NCBI RefSeq assembly: GCF_009914755.1
Contig: NC_060943.1
Direction: 5' to 3' (one strand)
Length of the DNA stretch: 64,000 nt
Source: the human T2T-CHM13v2.0 reference genome, Homo sapiens
Shown: positions 22,395 through 38,157 of the stretch, piece by piece
How positions within the stretch are numbered: the first letter of the stretch is position 1
How the letters are laid out: each line of letters begins with the position of its first letter
Program-made: the position numbers and the translations under genes
The notes under the pieces: generated by a model
What the model was told of the DNA's origin: nothing
The model's database searches: none
Seen by the model: the letters and a program-made list of their open reading frames with translations, nothing else

Positions 22395-23735
22395 GCCTCC
22401 AGCATCTAGTCACACCGATGCAGCTGACTAAGGCTCCAGCGTCTAGTCACACTGACACGGCCATCTAGGCCTTCAGTGTCTAGTCACACAGACAAGGCCA
22501 TCTAAGGCTCCAGCGTTTAGTCACACCAATGCAACCATCTAAGGCTCCAGCGTCTAGTCACACAGACGTGGCCGTCTAAGGCTACAGTGTCCAGTCACAC
22601 CAGTGCAGCTGTCTAAGGCTCCAGTATCTAGTCACACAGATGTGGCCATCTGAGGCTCCAGCATCTAGTCACACAAAAGTGGCTGTCTAAGACTGTAGAC
22701 TAGCCACACCAATGCAGCCATCTAAGGCTCCAGCACCTAGTCACACAGACACGGCCATCTAAGACTCCAGTGTCTAGTCACATAGACGCGGCTGTCTGAG
22801 GCTCTAGCTTCCAGTCACACCAATGCAGCTGTCTAAAGCTCCAGCATCTAGTCACACTGATGCAGCCAGCTAAGGCTCCAGTGTCTAGTCACACAGATGC
22901 GGCTGCCAAAGGCTCTGGCATCTGGTTACACAGATGCGGCCGTCTAAGGCTCCGGCATCTAGTCGCACAGACGCAGCCATCTAAGGCTCCAGCATCTAGT
23001 CACACAGACGTGGCCGTGTAAGGCTCCAGCATCTAGTCACACCAAAGCGGCCATCTAAGGCTCCAGTGTCTAGTTACAGCAATGCAGCCATCTAAGGCTC
23101 CAGCATCTAGCCACACAGACACGGCCACCTAAGGCTCTGGCGTCTAATCACACAGACGTGGTCATTTAAGGCTCTAGCGTCTAGTCACACAGACACAGCC
23201 GTCTAAGATTTTAGTGTCCAGTCATGCAGATGCAGCCGTCTAGGCTTCTAGCGTTTACTCATACCAATGCAGCCGTCTAAGGCTCTAGTGTCTAGTCACA
23301 CAGACATGGCCCTCTAAGGTTCCAGGGTCTACTCACACACACGCAGCCATCTAAGGCTCTAGCGTCCAGTCACACCGACGTGGCCATCTAAGGCTCCAGG
23401 GTCTAGTCACACAGACGCAGCCATCTAAGGCTCTAGTCACACTGACACAGTCACACTGACACATCCAGTCACACTGACACAGCTATTTGAGGCTCTAGCT
23501 TCCAGTCACACCGATGCGGTCGTCTGAGGCTCTGGCATCTAGTCACACAGATGCGACTCTCTAAGTCTCTACAATTTAGTTGCACAGACATGGCCGTTTA
23601 GGCCTCTGGAGTCTAGTCAGAGACGTGGCCACCTGTGTCTCTGGCAGCTAGTTATAGAGATGCAGTCATCTAGGCCTCTAGCATCTAGTTACAGAGATGC
23701 ATCGATCTGGGCTATTTGCGTCCCGTCACAGAGAT
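22395..23735. repeat. 37-bp minisatellite, ~36 degenerate copies (CTAAGGCTCCAGCATCTAGTCACACAGACGCGGCCAT)
   Basis: Period measured at 22502 to 22539 and 22981 to 23018. Confidence 0.95.
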
Positions 23736-26700
23736 ATGGCTGCCTCGGACCTTGTGTAGTCCTAGAGTCGAGGTTGCTCGGCCCAGTCAGAGCCACATCA
23801 GAGACAGAACAGGGAGGTGGCCCCTCTAAGAGGCAGCCTACCCATTCCAGGTCCCCCCGATAAGGGCAGTGGCAGGTGCCCCCAGGGAGGGGAAGGGGCC
23901 CCAAAGGCTCCTGCACAGATGACCCCACCAGATCCCTTCCCTGGGCTTCACGCCGCCCTCTGAAGCTGCCCAGGCAGGAGACACTCGCTCTGTGCTGATC
24001 TTCTCACCTAATAATAGGCCCAGTGACCTGGCAGGGGGTCCCACTGTCAGCACCTCTGCCTTACACACAAGGAAACTGAGGCACACAAAGGAGGCGCAGC
24101 CTGCCCACATCACACAGCAGGTCCACGGCGGATCCAGGGCTGCCACATCGTCTGCCTCCCAGACTGGGGCCACCAGACGCTGCCCTCAGCTGCCGAGGGC
24201 CACCCCAGTGGTGGGTCCAGGGCCTCGTCCTGGGCAGACTGTCCTGCCCAGGCTGGAACCCCAACCCTGCCACCTACTCAACACCCTGTGCCTTGGTTTC
24301 TTCATCTGTAAAATGGCAAGAGTGACAGAGCTCGGAAGGCTCCGGCAAGAAGGAAATGAGGTGCCATGTGACAGGCATCAGTCCACTCACTGGCACTAGA
24401 TAAAGTTGGCACATGGACCACACGACAATGATCACACCAAGTACGAAGCTGCGATTGGAATCTGGGAGTGCCCCCATCTGCTGCCCCAGTTGTCCCCAGG
24501 CCTGTCCGAGACATGAGGGGCAGTGTCGGCCTGCAGCTTAGCTTTAAAATGGGCCGTTTAGGGTCGGCTGTTTGGGAAAGAATGGGGGAAAAACACTGGC
24601 CCGTCTGTGGGTGCTTCTGCGATTCATGGAACATGTCCCTGGGCCTAGGGCCCGTGCGAGTCCCCCGCGGCCTGGGATGGGGAGCCAAGCAGGTCTAGAT
24701 GGGAAGTGGTGTGACCGGCTGGGCCTTGTCCTCCCTGGGCATGTGCTGGCTTCTGGGCCACATCTCCAGACTCGGAGTGGGGCCTCGGTTCCAGTGGCTG
24801 CAGTGAGCCTTTCTACCCTCTGTGTCGCGCAATAGGACCCGGGCAATAAAACCACACTCAGCCTGGACGTCCAAAGTTGTAAGACCTGGTGACACACTCA
24901 AATCAGAGCCGCCTAACCCTCCAGGCTGACCGGGGACACCTCGGGCCAAGCCGGCTTGGCGCCTCCCATGTGTGTTTAAACCCACGAGGCCAATTGGCAA
25001 CTCGCGAGGCGACAGGCTTTCAATAAACGCCTGGCACTGCCTCCGCAGTGAATCAGATCACTCCTAGCTCCAGAATGCCCGCGTCATTTCCGAATCCCAA
25101 TTTTCATGACTTCAAGTTTCCCAAGAAGCCTCCTTGGGGACTCAACTCTTTCCTACTCGGGCAGCGGCTTCAAGGAAAATCTCTATTTTTAGAAAGGTTT
25201 CAGTAAAGCTGTCAGGGGCTCTCTGGGCTCGGCAAGAGTGAAGTGTGCTTAAAATAAAAGGAAGACAGAAAAAGCTACTATGAAAACCAGCTCTAAGAGA
25301 AACACGTTTGAGTTCACCAGTTGAAGAACTGGTTCAAAACAGAAGACTGAATTTGTAAACAGCAGCCCTAAATATCAATGCACAGCTTTAAACAATTGAG
25401 AAGTTGCTAAAAATGGGCTGACGACTAACCCAGTATTTCACAGATGGCTTTTTTTTTTTTTCAGGGCAGAAGAGGGTGAAATAAGTTGGACTCTTGTTTT
25501 TATTCTCAAATGCTCCCTGGAAACATACTTTGGGGAATCTGTTTTTAAAGTGAGCTTATGTCACATAGGCTTGATACTGTCTAGAAAAATCTCTTCAGGT
25601 GAGGGTGGGGCCTCAACTAAGAGTGCAGGCCCGAAGAGCCTCCCAAAGGAAACTTCTAGAATCAGGCTGTGGGCTGTGACTCTCCTCAGCAAAGCCACGC
25701 AGAGGTAAGGTGCTTCAATTCAGGGACTTACAAAAGGGCCTCCCTGCTCTGCTCAGATGGGGAAAAGTTGATGATGGTTTTTTTTTGTTTTTTAAAAAAA
25801 CACCTTCTTGCCACTTTCATTTCCCTTAGCATTTTATTTATATCCACAATGTTGTTCTTGAAAAACAGATAGGTAACCAAAAAGGAAAAACAGAGCTGCA
25901 AGGTCAGGGTTGAGCTCAGAATGCGGCTGTACAAGTGTCATGAAGGCAGCTGATGGAACGCTGGAATCAAAACAAGATAGTATTGGAGACCCATTTTCCA
26001 CAGCTCTGTCCAACTCTGTCCTGGCCCGGCACCGCCAATAGGAAGTGAGACCGGCTCTGAAATCACAGCTGCATGTGTGTGAAGAGCCCCTGGTTTCAGG
26101 GCCCAAGGACAGGCAGAGGGCGGTCATTAGATCCCGGCCCTAGCTCAGGCTCTGCTAGCTCTCCCTCCCTCTGCTCACAGTGAGAGGAGGAAGACAGATC
26201 CAGCCTCCCAAAGGAAGAGGAGTCCACTTGCGACAACCAGAAACGACCAGGACGCCTGAGGGACTGCTGCCACCGTGTGGCCAACGTTTTCTGCTTTCGG
26301 GAGATGGTTTCCCGCCTGCCCAGGAGCCTGTGCACTGGGCCCTAAATCTTCTGCCAGTCCCAAACCGTGTCACAGCGTGGCATATGAGGGATGGAGGCCT
26401 TCTCCGTGTGCTGGAAGGAGGGGGGCGCCATGCCAGGGCCTCTGGGCTCCCTCTGCCCAGGCTCATCTGTGTAAACACACACCCTGCCTCGGTCAGAAGT
26501 GGGATCTGCTGCGCCGCCAGGGCACGCACACACGCGTCTTTGAAAACCTGAACAGAATCTCAAGTGCTTCTCGGAATCTGTGTTCTGTGATCACAAGTTG
26601 CGACCGCTGCCAACCCCAAGATGCTCAGAGACTCATCTGCTCCACCAGCTGAGTGAACACGGGGCAGCCAAGGGAGACTGCCCAGTCACACTGGCACCTG

Positions 26701-27954
26701 GGGCACCTGGGCATGGGGCCGGTGGGGCCCCGAGGGGGCCTCATGCCTGGGGCACGCGTCTTCCAGGTACTCCCGGGGCTCCCTCCCCTCACCACCTTCA
26801 GGCTGACAGCAGCGCTCACAGGGACTGGGCCCAGCTGCTCCAGGGGACCCCCCACACCGGCCACCCCTTACCACCTGGGCCATGGGCTCCAGGAGGGGGG
26901 CTGTGTTCTGCTTGTGGCTACTGCCTCTTCCCGCAGCGTGGATAATGCCTGGGCCTCTGCAGGTGGAACTCGTGAGGAAAGCAGGCCCCTGCAGCCCCCC
27001 GAAGACAGAGCCCATCTGCCCCTGCCTGGGGGCTGCCGAGAAGGGACAGAGTGGACGCAGGTGTCAGGGACGGGACACACCTCATCTGCTTTCCTTCATT
27101 CCTGCCAAAGAAAAATGCTCCTCACTCAAACAGGGAAACATACAACTCACAAGGAAGCACAATGGTGCCGCAGCCCTGTCCTTCCCACTCACCACAGCCC
27201 CCATTTCCAACTTTCCAGCAGTTTCTTCCGGAAGGCACCTCAGTCGTAAGGGGCTTCTATTGTTGTTTTTTGACTTGTCCATTCTGGATGTTCCCTGTTG
27301 AATTCTCTATGCTACCTTAAAGATGAGCTCCAACCACACTGCCAGCGTCTGGAGAAGCCCTACAGCTGTCTGGGACCAGAGCCACAGTGAGTTCAGGTCA
27401 CCGTGTGGTGAGGGCCGGACACCAACGGGTCCAGTCTGGTAACCAGCCTCGCTGCTGTCCTCCTTCAACAGTTCACTCCTCACCTGTGGATCTGTCTGCA
27501 TTTATTCAAGGAGGCCGGCCCTCACTTTTCAACACCCCTTGAGAGTTCTGTCACATGGGCGACTCTGAACACTCGCTGGCCCACTTTCCCTGGACGCCTC
27601 GCACCTGCAGGCCTGCTGCCCATGGCCCTCTCGAGACGCCTGTGCCCAACGCCTTCTCAAGTTTCTACTCGGCCATGGCAATGACTTCACCGTCTGAGAC
27701 CTGATGGTCGTCAGACACCAGTGGGAGCCAGGGGAGCCCAGGGCACCTATGCCACTGGGAAGGGTCAGGGCTCACCCCACGGGACTGCCGTGCATTGGAT
27801 CACAGCCATGGATGCTTTCCAGACCTGACCTTGTGTTGGAAAGGTGCCGGGGAGATACATACGTGACATGAACAATTACGCCTGGCAGCCCACACCATGA
27901 CAAGAGGCACAAAGACACTAGCAGAGGCGCGGGGGCTCCGTGGAGGGGCTTTAC

Positions 27955-28037
27955 CTTGGACATCTGGCTGAAGTCGGCAAAGCCTTCAGCACTATTGAAG
28001 GACCCACTTCCGAAGGGATCTAAGGTTCCAAAGGGAT
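27955..28037 (-). CDS. EPS15L1: EPS15L1 exon ~21 (83 nt): [28 protein letters not shown]
   Basis: Acceptor GATTGCAG, donor GTAAAG; 2 DPF plus GFADF; phase 1 to 0. Confidence 0.97.
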
Positions 28038-28996
28038 CTGCAATCGGCACCAACAAAGTCAGAGTTACAGGTCTTTAAGAGAACATGCCTTCTGGGGTGG
28101 AGGGGAAATGCTAGATGGCCCCTGAACCAGGAGACTCAGGAAGGCTGCATTTATTCATTAGACACGTGTGTCTGCATGAAGGCCTCTCAGCAAGGCCCCC
28201 CTGCCCACTCTGGCATGGCAAGACGGTTTCTCACTGTGACGACCACTCTGGGAGGGCCAGCATCATTCACGGTCATCAGAAGAGTGACAAGTTGCCACAG
28301 AGGCGTGGCCCCTGGGTCCCACTGGGTCTCAATGGGTCAGGAGGCGAGGAGCAACTCCAGGGCGACCTGCCACCCACATGATTTATACAGGGTGGTGTCT
28401 TTGGATAGAGGTTTTTGCTGTGTTTTCTCCTCTAACCTGGAAGGGATTTGCCTAGAGTACTGGATACACTCGCCTATGATACCAAACACTGCTACCCGCC
28501 CCACGCAAGCTGCAGGACCAAGCGGGGCCTGTTCCCAAAAGAAAGGGGGTGTCCACAGATGCTCCCATTGCATAAAGGCTCGAGCGTGCATCTGCGAGTT
28601 CTACACTGTGAGATGAGGTTCCTTCAAACACAGAACCCACAACATAGGCCAGTACCTGGGGTCAAATTCTGGATTTCTTTTAGGGAAAAAACCCAAAGAT
28701 ACAAACCAAAGATTTATAAGGAGGAGTGAGTAAACAGTAGTTAATATCACTGGTGCTATTACTGAATTCCTACTGCCAAAATTCCTTTCTGGAAAGATGC
28801 CAGCGCATGCCCAGGAAGGGGAGCAGCAGCGGGTGCTTGTTTTGGCCTAATGGGCTCAGGCCAGGATCTGGGTGCCACTGACTGATGACACAAACACAGA
28901 GGCCACGCTGGCTTTGGGAGTGAAAGTGTTAACTGCGGGGGAGCTCTGCTACTGCCCAAGGAATAGTCAGGAAGAAAAATAAGTCATGGGTCTCAC

Positions 28997-29057
28997 CTGA
29001 TCCTTTTGAGGAGACACTGGAGGATGAAAAGGGATCACTGGATTCAAAGGGGTCGAG
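28997..29057 (-). CDS. EPS15L1: EPS15L1 exon ~20 (61 nt): LDPFESSDPFSSSSVSSKGS(D)
   Basis: Acceptor CCTTTCATTTAG, donor GTGAGA; 2 DPF; phase 0 to 1. Confidence 0.96.
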
Positions 29058-30054
29058 CTAAATGAAAGGAGAGAGGAAAGAGTAAAAAGCAGTTCGTTGG
29101 TTCCATCACCCATTCATTCAACCAGACCTTCCTGACGTCGATGTACAACATCCAGTGCTGAGCCAGAGGGAAAGTGGAATGATTAAAACTCAACCCAGGC
29201 AGAGTAAAATCCCAACAGATCAACCCTCCTGCAGATAGCACCTATCAACCTGGACGGAATATCCCCAAAATTACAAATACAAAAAGCAGTGGCCTGAAGG
29301 CTGGGAAGTGAACAAGACAGGAAGAAGACTTTGGAGGAGAATTTGAATGTGGCAGAAGAACATAGCAGGAGGTTGAGTTTCCATTCCGCCAGCTACAGCA
29401 GGAAGGCACAGTGAGGGTGCCTAAGATTCTGGTAGAATCTGACCACCAGAGGATGGAGCCCAGAGACAACCACTCCCAGGGGAAAGGAAGGGGAATCGGG
29501 ATGGAGGGGCAGAGATGCAAAGATGCAAGCCCTGAACTTCATGATCCACTCTCCCCCAAGTCTCAGGCTGGCCTCTGCACACGCAAGCCTGGGGGGACTC
29601 GAGGCAGCCTGTAGCTGAGGCCACAAGAACTGAGCTGGGATTGGAGCTTCTGCCATCTGCTGGTGAGTGTCTGCAGTGTGAGTGGCACCAAGTTAACTGC
29701 CTGCTGAAACAAATCCATTCCTGCTCTTTGGAGAAAACAGACTACAGTCTCTACACAGAACGCTCACCATGTATCAGATACATTTCTAAACATATAAAGA
29801 ACTGGAAAAATGTGACCACCTCTCACCGGAAAAGACAATCAGTGTAGCCAATCTCAAAATAACCCAGATGGTGGAACTCTGAGACAGGGACAACGTAAAA
29901 CGGTGATTATAACTGTGCTGAATGAGGAAAAGGAAAATACACTTAAAATGAGTGAAAACACAGGTGACCTTAGAAGAGAAATAGAAAATATACGAAAGAA
30001 ACAAATGAAAGTTCCGGAACTGAAAAAGTGTATCTACAATAAAAACTTCATCAC

Positions 30055-30615
<561 letters not shown>

Positions 30616-30869
30616 TCATTAGGTTAGCTAAATAACCAAGAATAAAAGAAAGAGTAAGTGAAGTTGAAAACAGAGCAGTAGAAATTACTCAATCTGAAGA
30701 AAAAGGAGAAAAAAGAATGAAAAATAAATAAATAAATAGAGCCTCAGGAACCTGTGGGACAATAACAAAGGGTCTCATATCCATGTAACTGGAATCCCAG
30801 AAAGAGAGGGGAGAGAAAATTGGGCAGAAAAAACAAATTAGGAGAACTGACAGCTGAAAGCTTACCAAA

Positions 30870-31163
<294 letters not shown>

Positions 31164-31371
31164 AATGAAAACTTATCAAATTTGTTGAAAAGCATAATTT
31201 ACAGATTCAAGAAGCTGAGCAAAGCCTAAACAGTATAAACACCAAGAAAACTACACCCAGAAACTTCAAAAACTACTGAAAACCAAAGATAAAGAGAGAA
31301 TCTTGAAAGTAGCCAGAGAAAAACCACCTATTACATACAGGATAACAATGACCTGAAGAAATACTCCTCTC

Positions 31372-31756
<385 letters not shown>

Positions 31757-31792
31757 CTACATCAAACACAATGTCCTTCAAGAATGACAACA

Positions 31793-32440
<648 letters not shown>

Positions 32441-33707
32441 CTACTTTTTTCCTCTTTCTTTACAATACCCACAATGGATTAATACAAAAATTGTAACAGT
32501 CTTATGGAGTTTCTAATGTATTTAGATGTATGAAATTCACATGACGGCTATAACATAAGACATGCTGGCTGCAAGGGTGGGTGGACAAATGGACCTACAT
32601 GGTTGCAAGTTTTCTATATTTTACATGAGATAATACAATACTAACCTCAAGTAGACTATGAAAAGTTAAAGCTGTACATGATATTTCCTAAAGCAACCTC
32701 TAAACAATCATTAAAAGAGGTATGATTAAAATAATAAAAGGCCAATAGACAGAATTCAAAAAAACATTCAAACAATTCAAAAGAAAGCAGGAAACAAAAC
32801 ATGGGATAAAAAGCAAGCAAATAATAAAATAGTAGACTTAAACCATATCAATAATTACATTAAATGTTAATGGACTAAACATTACACTTACAAGGCAGGG
32901 ACTTCTGACTGGATTTTAAAAAAAAAAGCAAGCCCCAACACTATGCTACTTACAAAAGACACCTATCAGTTTTAAAGATCCAGGTAAGTTGAAAGTAAAT
33001 GGTTGAAAAATGATGTATCGTGTAGTGAATAACATGAGGAGAATGAAGTGATTAAACAGACTTCAAGACAAAGAACATCACCAGAGATCAAATGGGAATC
33101 TTTTATAATGATAAAAAGGTTGTTGTGTCAGAAAGACACAACAATCATAAACACCTATGCACCTGACAAAGCTTCAAAATACACAAAGCAAAACTTGATC
33201 AAATTAAAGTGCAGTATGAACAATTCCACAATCATAGGAGAATGTTTAACGCCTCTCTCTCAGACACTGGTAGGACTAAAAAACAAACAAACAAGACACA
33301 GATAATCTGAACACTATGAGGAACCTCAACCTCACTGCCATTTGTAGAGCATTACACCCAACAACTAGATACACATTCTTCTCAAGTGTACATGGTTTGT
33401 TCACCAACATAGGCCACAAACAACAACCCTTGATTAATGTGAAGGTATTGAAAACATACAGAATATGTTCTCAAATAACAAATTTAATTAAAAATCAATA
33501 ATAATAGTATTATAATATACCTAGGAGAAAAAGCCAAGTATCTGGAAATGAAACAACATACTTTTAAGTAATCCATAAGTGAACAGAATTCACAAGGGAA
33601 ACTGGAAAATATCTCAAAACTGAATGGCAATGAAGAGATAAAGTATTCAAATATATGAAATACATGTAAAGCAGTGCTTAAGGGAAATATGTTGCTTTAA
33701 ATTTATA

Positions 33708-33944
33708 CAGATGCTCCTTGACTTACCATGGGGTTACATCCTGATAAACCCATTGTAAGTTGAAAATATTTTAAGTTGAAAATGTACGTAATATCCCAAT
33801 AAACCCATCACAAAGCAAAAAATCAGAAGTCAAACCAATGTTAAGTCCAGACACTCCTTGACTTATGATGGGACTGCATCTCGATAAAACTATTGTAAAG
33901 TCAAAAAACTGTAAATTGAACCATCGTAAGTCAGGGACCGCCAG
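33708..33944 (+). mobile_element. MER47-type Tigger (TcMar) non-autonomous DNA transposon
   Basis: CAGATGCTCCTTGACTTAC start, CATCGTAAGTCAGGGACC end (imperfect TIR), internal repeat of the TIR core, TA on both flanks. Confidence 0.8.
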
Positions 33945-35129
33945 TACTAGAAAATGAAGTCTAAAATTAATGAATGAAGCTTGGATCTTAAGATGTTAGA
34001 AGAGCAAAGTAACCCCAAATAAATAGGAGTAAGGAAATGGAAAAAAATAGAAATAGAAAAGAGAAAATCAATGAAATAGAAAACAAGCAGTAGAGAAAAA
34101 TGAAGCCAAAAGCTGGTTATGGGAAAGGTCAATGAAATTGGTAAACAGATCACCAATACCAGGAATGCTAGGGAAATTCTCACTACAGGTCTTAAGGACA
34201 TTAAAAAGGGGCCAATAAGAAAATACTGCAAATGAGTCTTTGCCTTCAAGGAGCTTCAAGCGCTAAAGACCAAAAGGTCCACAGGGAGTGAGCGAGGTGG
34301 GCGCCAGGGTAGCAGGAGCCCTGAGAAGGAGGGTGAGTGCCCGTCTCTGAGCAGGCCCCGGGCCTGGGTTGCAGCCTAGAAAACGGAAGAAGGCTATGAA
34401 GCACGCTCACTCCATCATGAACATCCTCTGCTCCATCACCGAGGCTGCTTTTTTTTTTTTTTTTGGTTTTGAAATCCAAGTTGACACCTATTTAACCCAA
34501 TCTCTTGGGCATAATATGCAAAATACCCGGTGTCTGCCACGCCCGGGGATGGGAGTACAGGTATGCTGGAGTTGGAAACTGGAGGGTCAGAGTTGGCTGA
34601 TGCTCTCAGGAGACACCAGGCAAGGCAGCCGGGCTGAGACGCCTGCACTTACTCCTGCCGTGACGGGAGCACCTACCAAACGTGACTCTAAGGTCCCCAC
34701 CAGTGCTGTGTGTTACAAGGACCGTGCAGGGTGGCCGGGTCCATGCGAGCATGTGGTGCTTGTGTGATTTAGTCTTTTTTGGGAGATGAAGGGGCAGTGG
34801 GGGCAGATGACTAGAGTTGAGGGGTAGGAATGGGGATAGAGAAATAAGAACTATGGGTGACATCCTCCTTGCCCTGATGTGGGGCCACTGGACTGCTAAC
34901 TGCACCTTGGGGCTCACAGGATGTCACTGCAGTGACTAGGCCAGTGAGCTCCCTCACTCAGCAGGAATGAAATCAGCCTGGGATACCAGCTCCCGGAGAA
35001 CAGACACCATGGCCCACACTCGCAGGCACCATGTACGCTCCACGAAGGGAAGGGGGCCTTCGGGAAGCGCCACCCTTACCACACAGAGCAGGCACGCAGC
35101 TCTCCCGGGCAACGTCCCACCCCACTCAC

Positions 35130-35266
35130 CTTCGAAGGTAAGGAAGGGTTTTTCGTGAATGGATCCGAGGTAAATGGGTCATTCTTTGTCTGTTTCTTGA
35201 AGAAGTCGTCAGTGGCAGAGCCACGGAATGGGTCACTTTCTTTGAAAGGGTCCCCTCCAAATGGAT
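35130..35266 (-). CDS. EPS15L1: EPS15L1 exon ~19 (137 nt): [46 protein letters not shown]
   Basis: Acceptor TTTTTCCTTCTAG, donor GTGAGT; 5 DPF; phase 1 to 0. Confidence 0.97.
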
Positions 35267-35284
35267 CTAGAAGGAAAAATGCCC

Positions 35285-35901
35285 CATAAGTAAACATTAT
35301 ACCAAGTGAAAGAACCCAGACATAAAAGAACACATCACAGAATGATGCCGTTTACATGAAATTCTAGAAAGGTAAGAACGCTAGTGACGGAAAACAGGAT
35401 AATGGTGGCCAGGGGACCCTGAGGAGAGGGTGGAGGGTGACAACAAAGGGGCCTCAGGAATGACAGAAGTGTTCTCAAATTGCACACAACCGTGCATATT
35501 TAATGAAACTCATCTTATTACATAGTAAAATGGGTGAATTTTGTTCTGTGTAAATTATGCCACTCAATAAAATTGACTTTAAAAATAATAATATCCTGGC
35601 CAGGCACAATGGCTCATGCCTGTAATCCCATCACTTTAGGAGGCTGAGATAGGAGGATCACTTGAGGCCAGGAGTTCAAGACCAGCATGGGCAACACAGA
35701 GAAAAATAAAATAAAAAATTAGCCAGGTGTGGTGGCACACGCCTGTAGTATCAGCTACTAAGGAGGCTGAGGCAGAAAGGCTGCTTGAGCCCAGGAGGTC
35801 AAGGCTGCAGTGAGCTATAATTGCGCCACTGCACTCCAGCCTAGGCAATAGAGTAAAACCCCATCTCTAAATAAATAAATAAAATATCCTGCAGGAGCTG
35901 G

Positions 35902-35941
<40 letters not shown>

Positions 35942-36178
35942 CAACGCAGGTAAATCCATAGAGACAGAAAATAGGTTGGTGGGTGCCAGGGGTTGCGGGA
36001 GGGAATGGGGAGTGACTGCTGATTGGGATGGGGTCTCCTTTTGGGGGGATGAGAATGTTGTGGAACTAGATGAAGGTGATCATTGCACAACACTGTGAGT
36101 GTGCTCAATACCACTGAATTGGATGCTTTAAAACAGTGACTTTTATGTTACATAAATTTCACCTGAAAAAAAATAAAT
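35285..36178 (+). mobile_element. L1M 3'-end remnants interrupted by an AluJ-like element (35598-35885) and a (TAA)n run
   Basis: AAATCCATAGAGACAGAAA...GGTGCCAGGGG...TGCACAAC L1M 3' UTR motifs. Confidence 0.8.
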
Positions 36179-36179
36179 C

Positions 36180-36731
<552 letters not shown>

Positions 36732-36764
36732 CTAAAGACCGGTCCGGGAAACACTGAATTTTAC

Positions 36765-36815
36765 CTGTTGAAGTTGTCTGCTGTTCTGCAAAGGGGTCAT
36801 TCTGGAACGGGTCGC
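36765..36815 (-). CDS. EPS15L1: EPS15L1 exon ~18 (51 nt): (G)DPFQNDPFAEQQTTST(D)
   Basis: Acceptor CTCCTCTTCCAACCAG, donor GTAAAA; 2 DPF; phase 1 to 1. Confidence 0.96.
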
Positions 36816-37752
36816 CTGGTTGGAAGAGGAGAGAAATGCTTATTAGCTCTAGGGCACAGGATGCGGGCCGGGCCCTTGGACACAGCCACCCACCTCCCAA
36901 GCCTTTCATTGCCTTCTACTCCTCCAGTGTAGGGAGAGAATGTTAGTTCCTTCTCTACTATCCACCTGCCCTCAAAACCTTGGCAAATCAAAGAGGGGGA
37001 CCTGGAGGAGGCAGCTGTTTCTGGCTAGGATGTTTAAGATGAGAAGGAAGGTACTGCTGGCTGTCCCACACAGACTGGAGTTGGGGAAGACACAGAGTGG
37101 GCTAGAATTCACTCCTCTCTTCCCATGCTGGGTTTCCTTTATCCCATCTGCCTGCCAGCTCCCTGGGTAAGAGGACACAGGACCCTGGGCTGTCCCTCAC
37201 TTTATCACCGGCCCTGCAGCAATGAGGCGGCGGCACCCCTGGGCTTCAGGGGCTGCCAGATTCGCCTCTCAGACCCGGCAGGCTTCAAACCCAAGCTGAA
37301 GCTCAAGCTCCCGCTGCCCTCTCCCCACCTCAGTGTTTTTCTCAAAAATGTAGAGAGCCTTCCTCCTGGAAATACTGTTTTGCTCTGAAACATGGACAGA
37401 AACTTGGAAATCTTGTTTCTGGAATTCTTAGTTATTCTTGACTCAGGTGTGGCTCTGGACAGACTCCTAAAATTATCCAGACCTTAGGTTTATGTAGGAA
37501 TCCATGGTTTTCCAGGTACTTTCATGATCATTACTAGCTCTGATTATTTTATCAACCCTGTGAGGTGAGCAAGGAGGAAATTTATTAACCTGCTGAGGGA
37601 TTAGGAAACTGAAGTACTGAAGGGTTCAAGGGGGCTGGCCAAGCTGCCTTCAAATGTGGGTCTTGTGGTGAGCTTGGAACACTTCCCACTGTATCTTGAT
37701 GCCTTGGCTCTCTGGTTAACAGGGTGAGATAAGAAGCTTAAAAGGCGTTCCT

Positions 37753-38032
37753 GCTGGGTGCGGTGCCTCACACCTGTAATCCCAGCACTTTGTGGGGCTG
37801 AGGCGGGTGGATTACCTGAGGTCAAGAGTTCGAGACCAGACTGGGCAACACAGTGAAACCCCAACTCTACTAAATATACAAAAATTAGCCGGGTGCGGTG
37901 ATGGGCGCTGAGGCAGGAGAATTGCTTGAACCCAGGAGGCGGAGGTTGCAGTGAGCCGAGATTGCGCCACTGCATTCCAGCCTGGCTGACAGCAAGAGAG
38001 CGAGAGTTCGTCTCCAAAAAAAAAAAAAAAAA
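37753..38032 (+). mobile_element. Alu (AluS-like, right-arm deletion)
   Basis: AAAAGGCGTTCCT / AAAAGGCATTCCT TSD. Confidence 0.9.
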
Positions 38033-38157
38033 AGGCATTCCTTTCCCCCTCCATTTCAGATTGTGGCATGTCCTTACTTTTCTAGTTGAAGAACCACTCT
38101 AAATTCGACATAAAACACACAGTCTTTCAATGAGAAAGTGGGTAGCAAGTGAGATAC

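Noticed and set aside
22395-23735. Regular 37-bp array as CRISPR-like
   Set aside because: Contiguous degenerate units without unique spacers, no cas genes, primate intron.
27081-27101. 21-nt AG-GT bounded segment in intron 21
   Set aside because: Immediate in-frame TGA and a mediocre GTGTGT donor; indistinguishable from chance.
27772-27954. 60-codon read-through after exon 21 ([10 protein letters not shown]...GSPVG*)
   Set aside because: Ordinary intronic composition; the nearest AATAAA is ~270 nt beyond the stop and nothing else supports it. Possible but not supportable from sequence alone.
33048-33501. Endonuclease-like ORFs
   Set aside because: Fragments of a decayed L1 ORF2, broken by stops and frameshifts.
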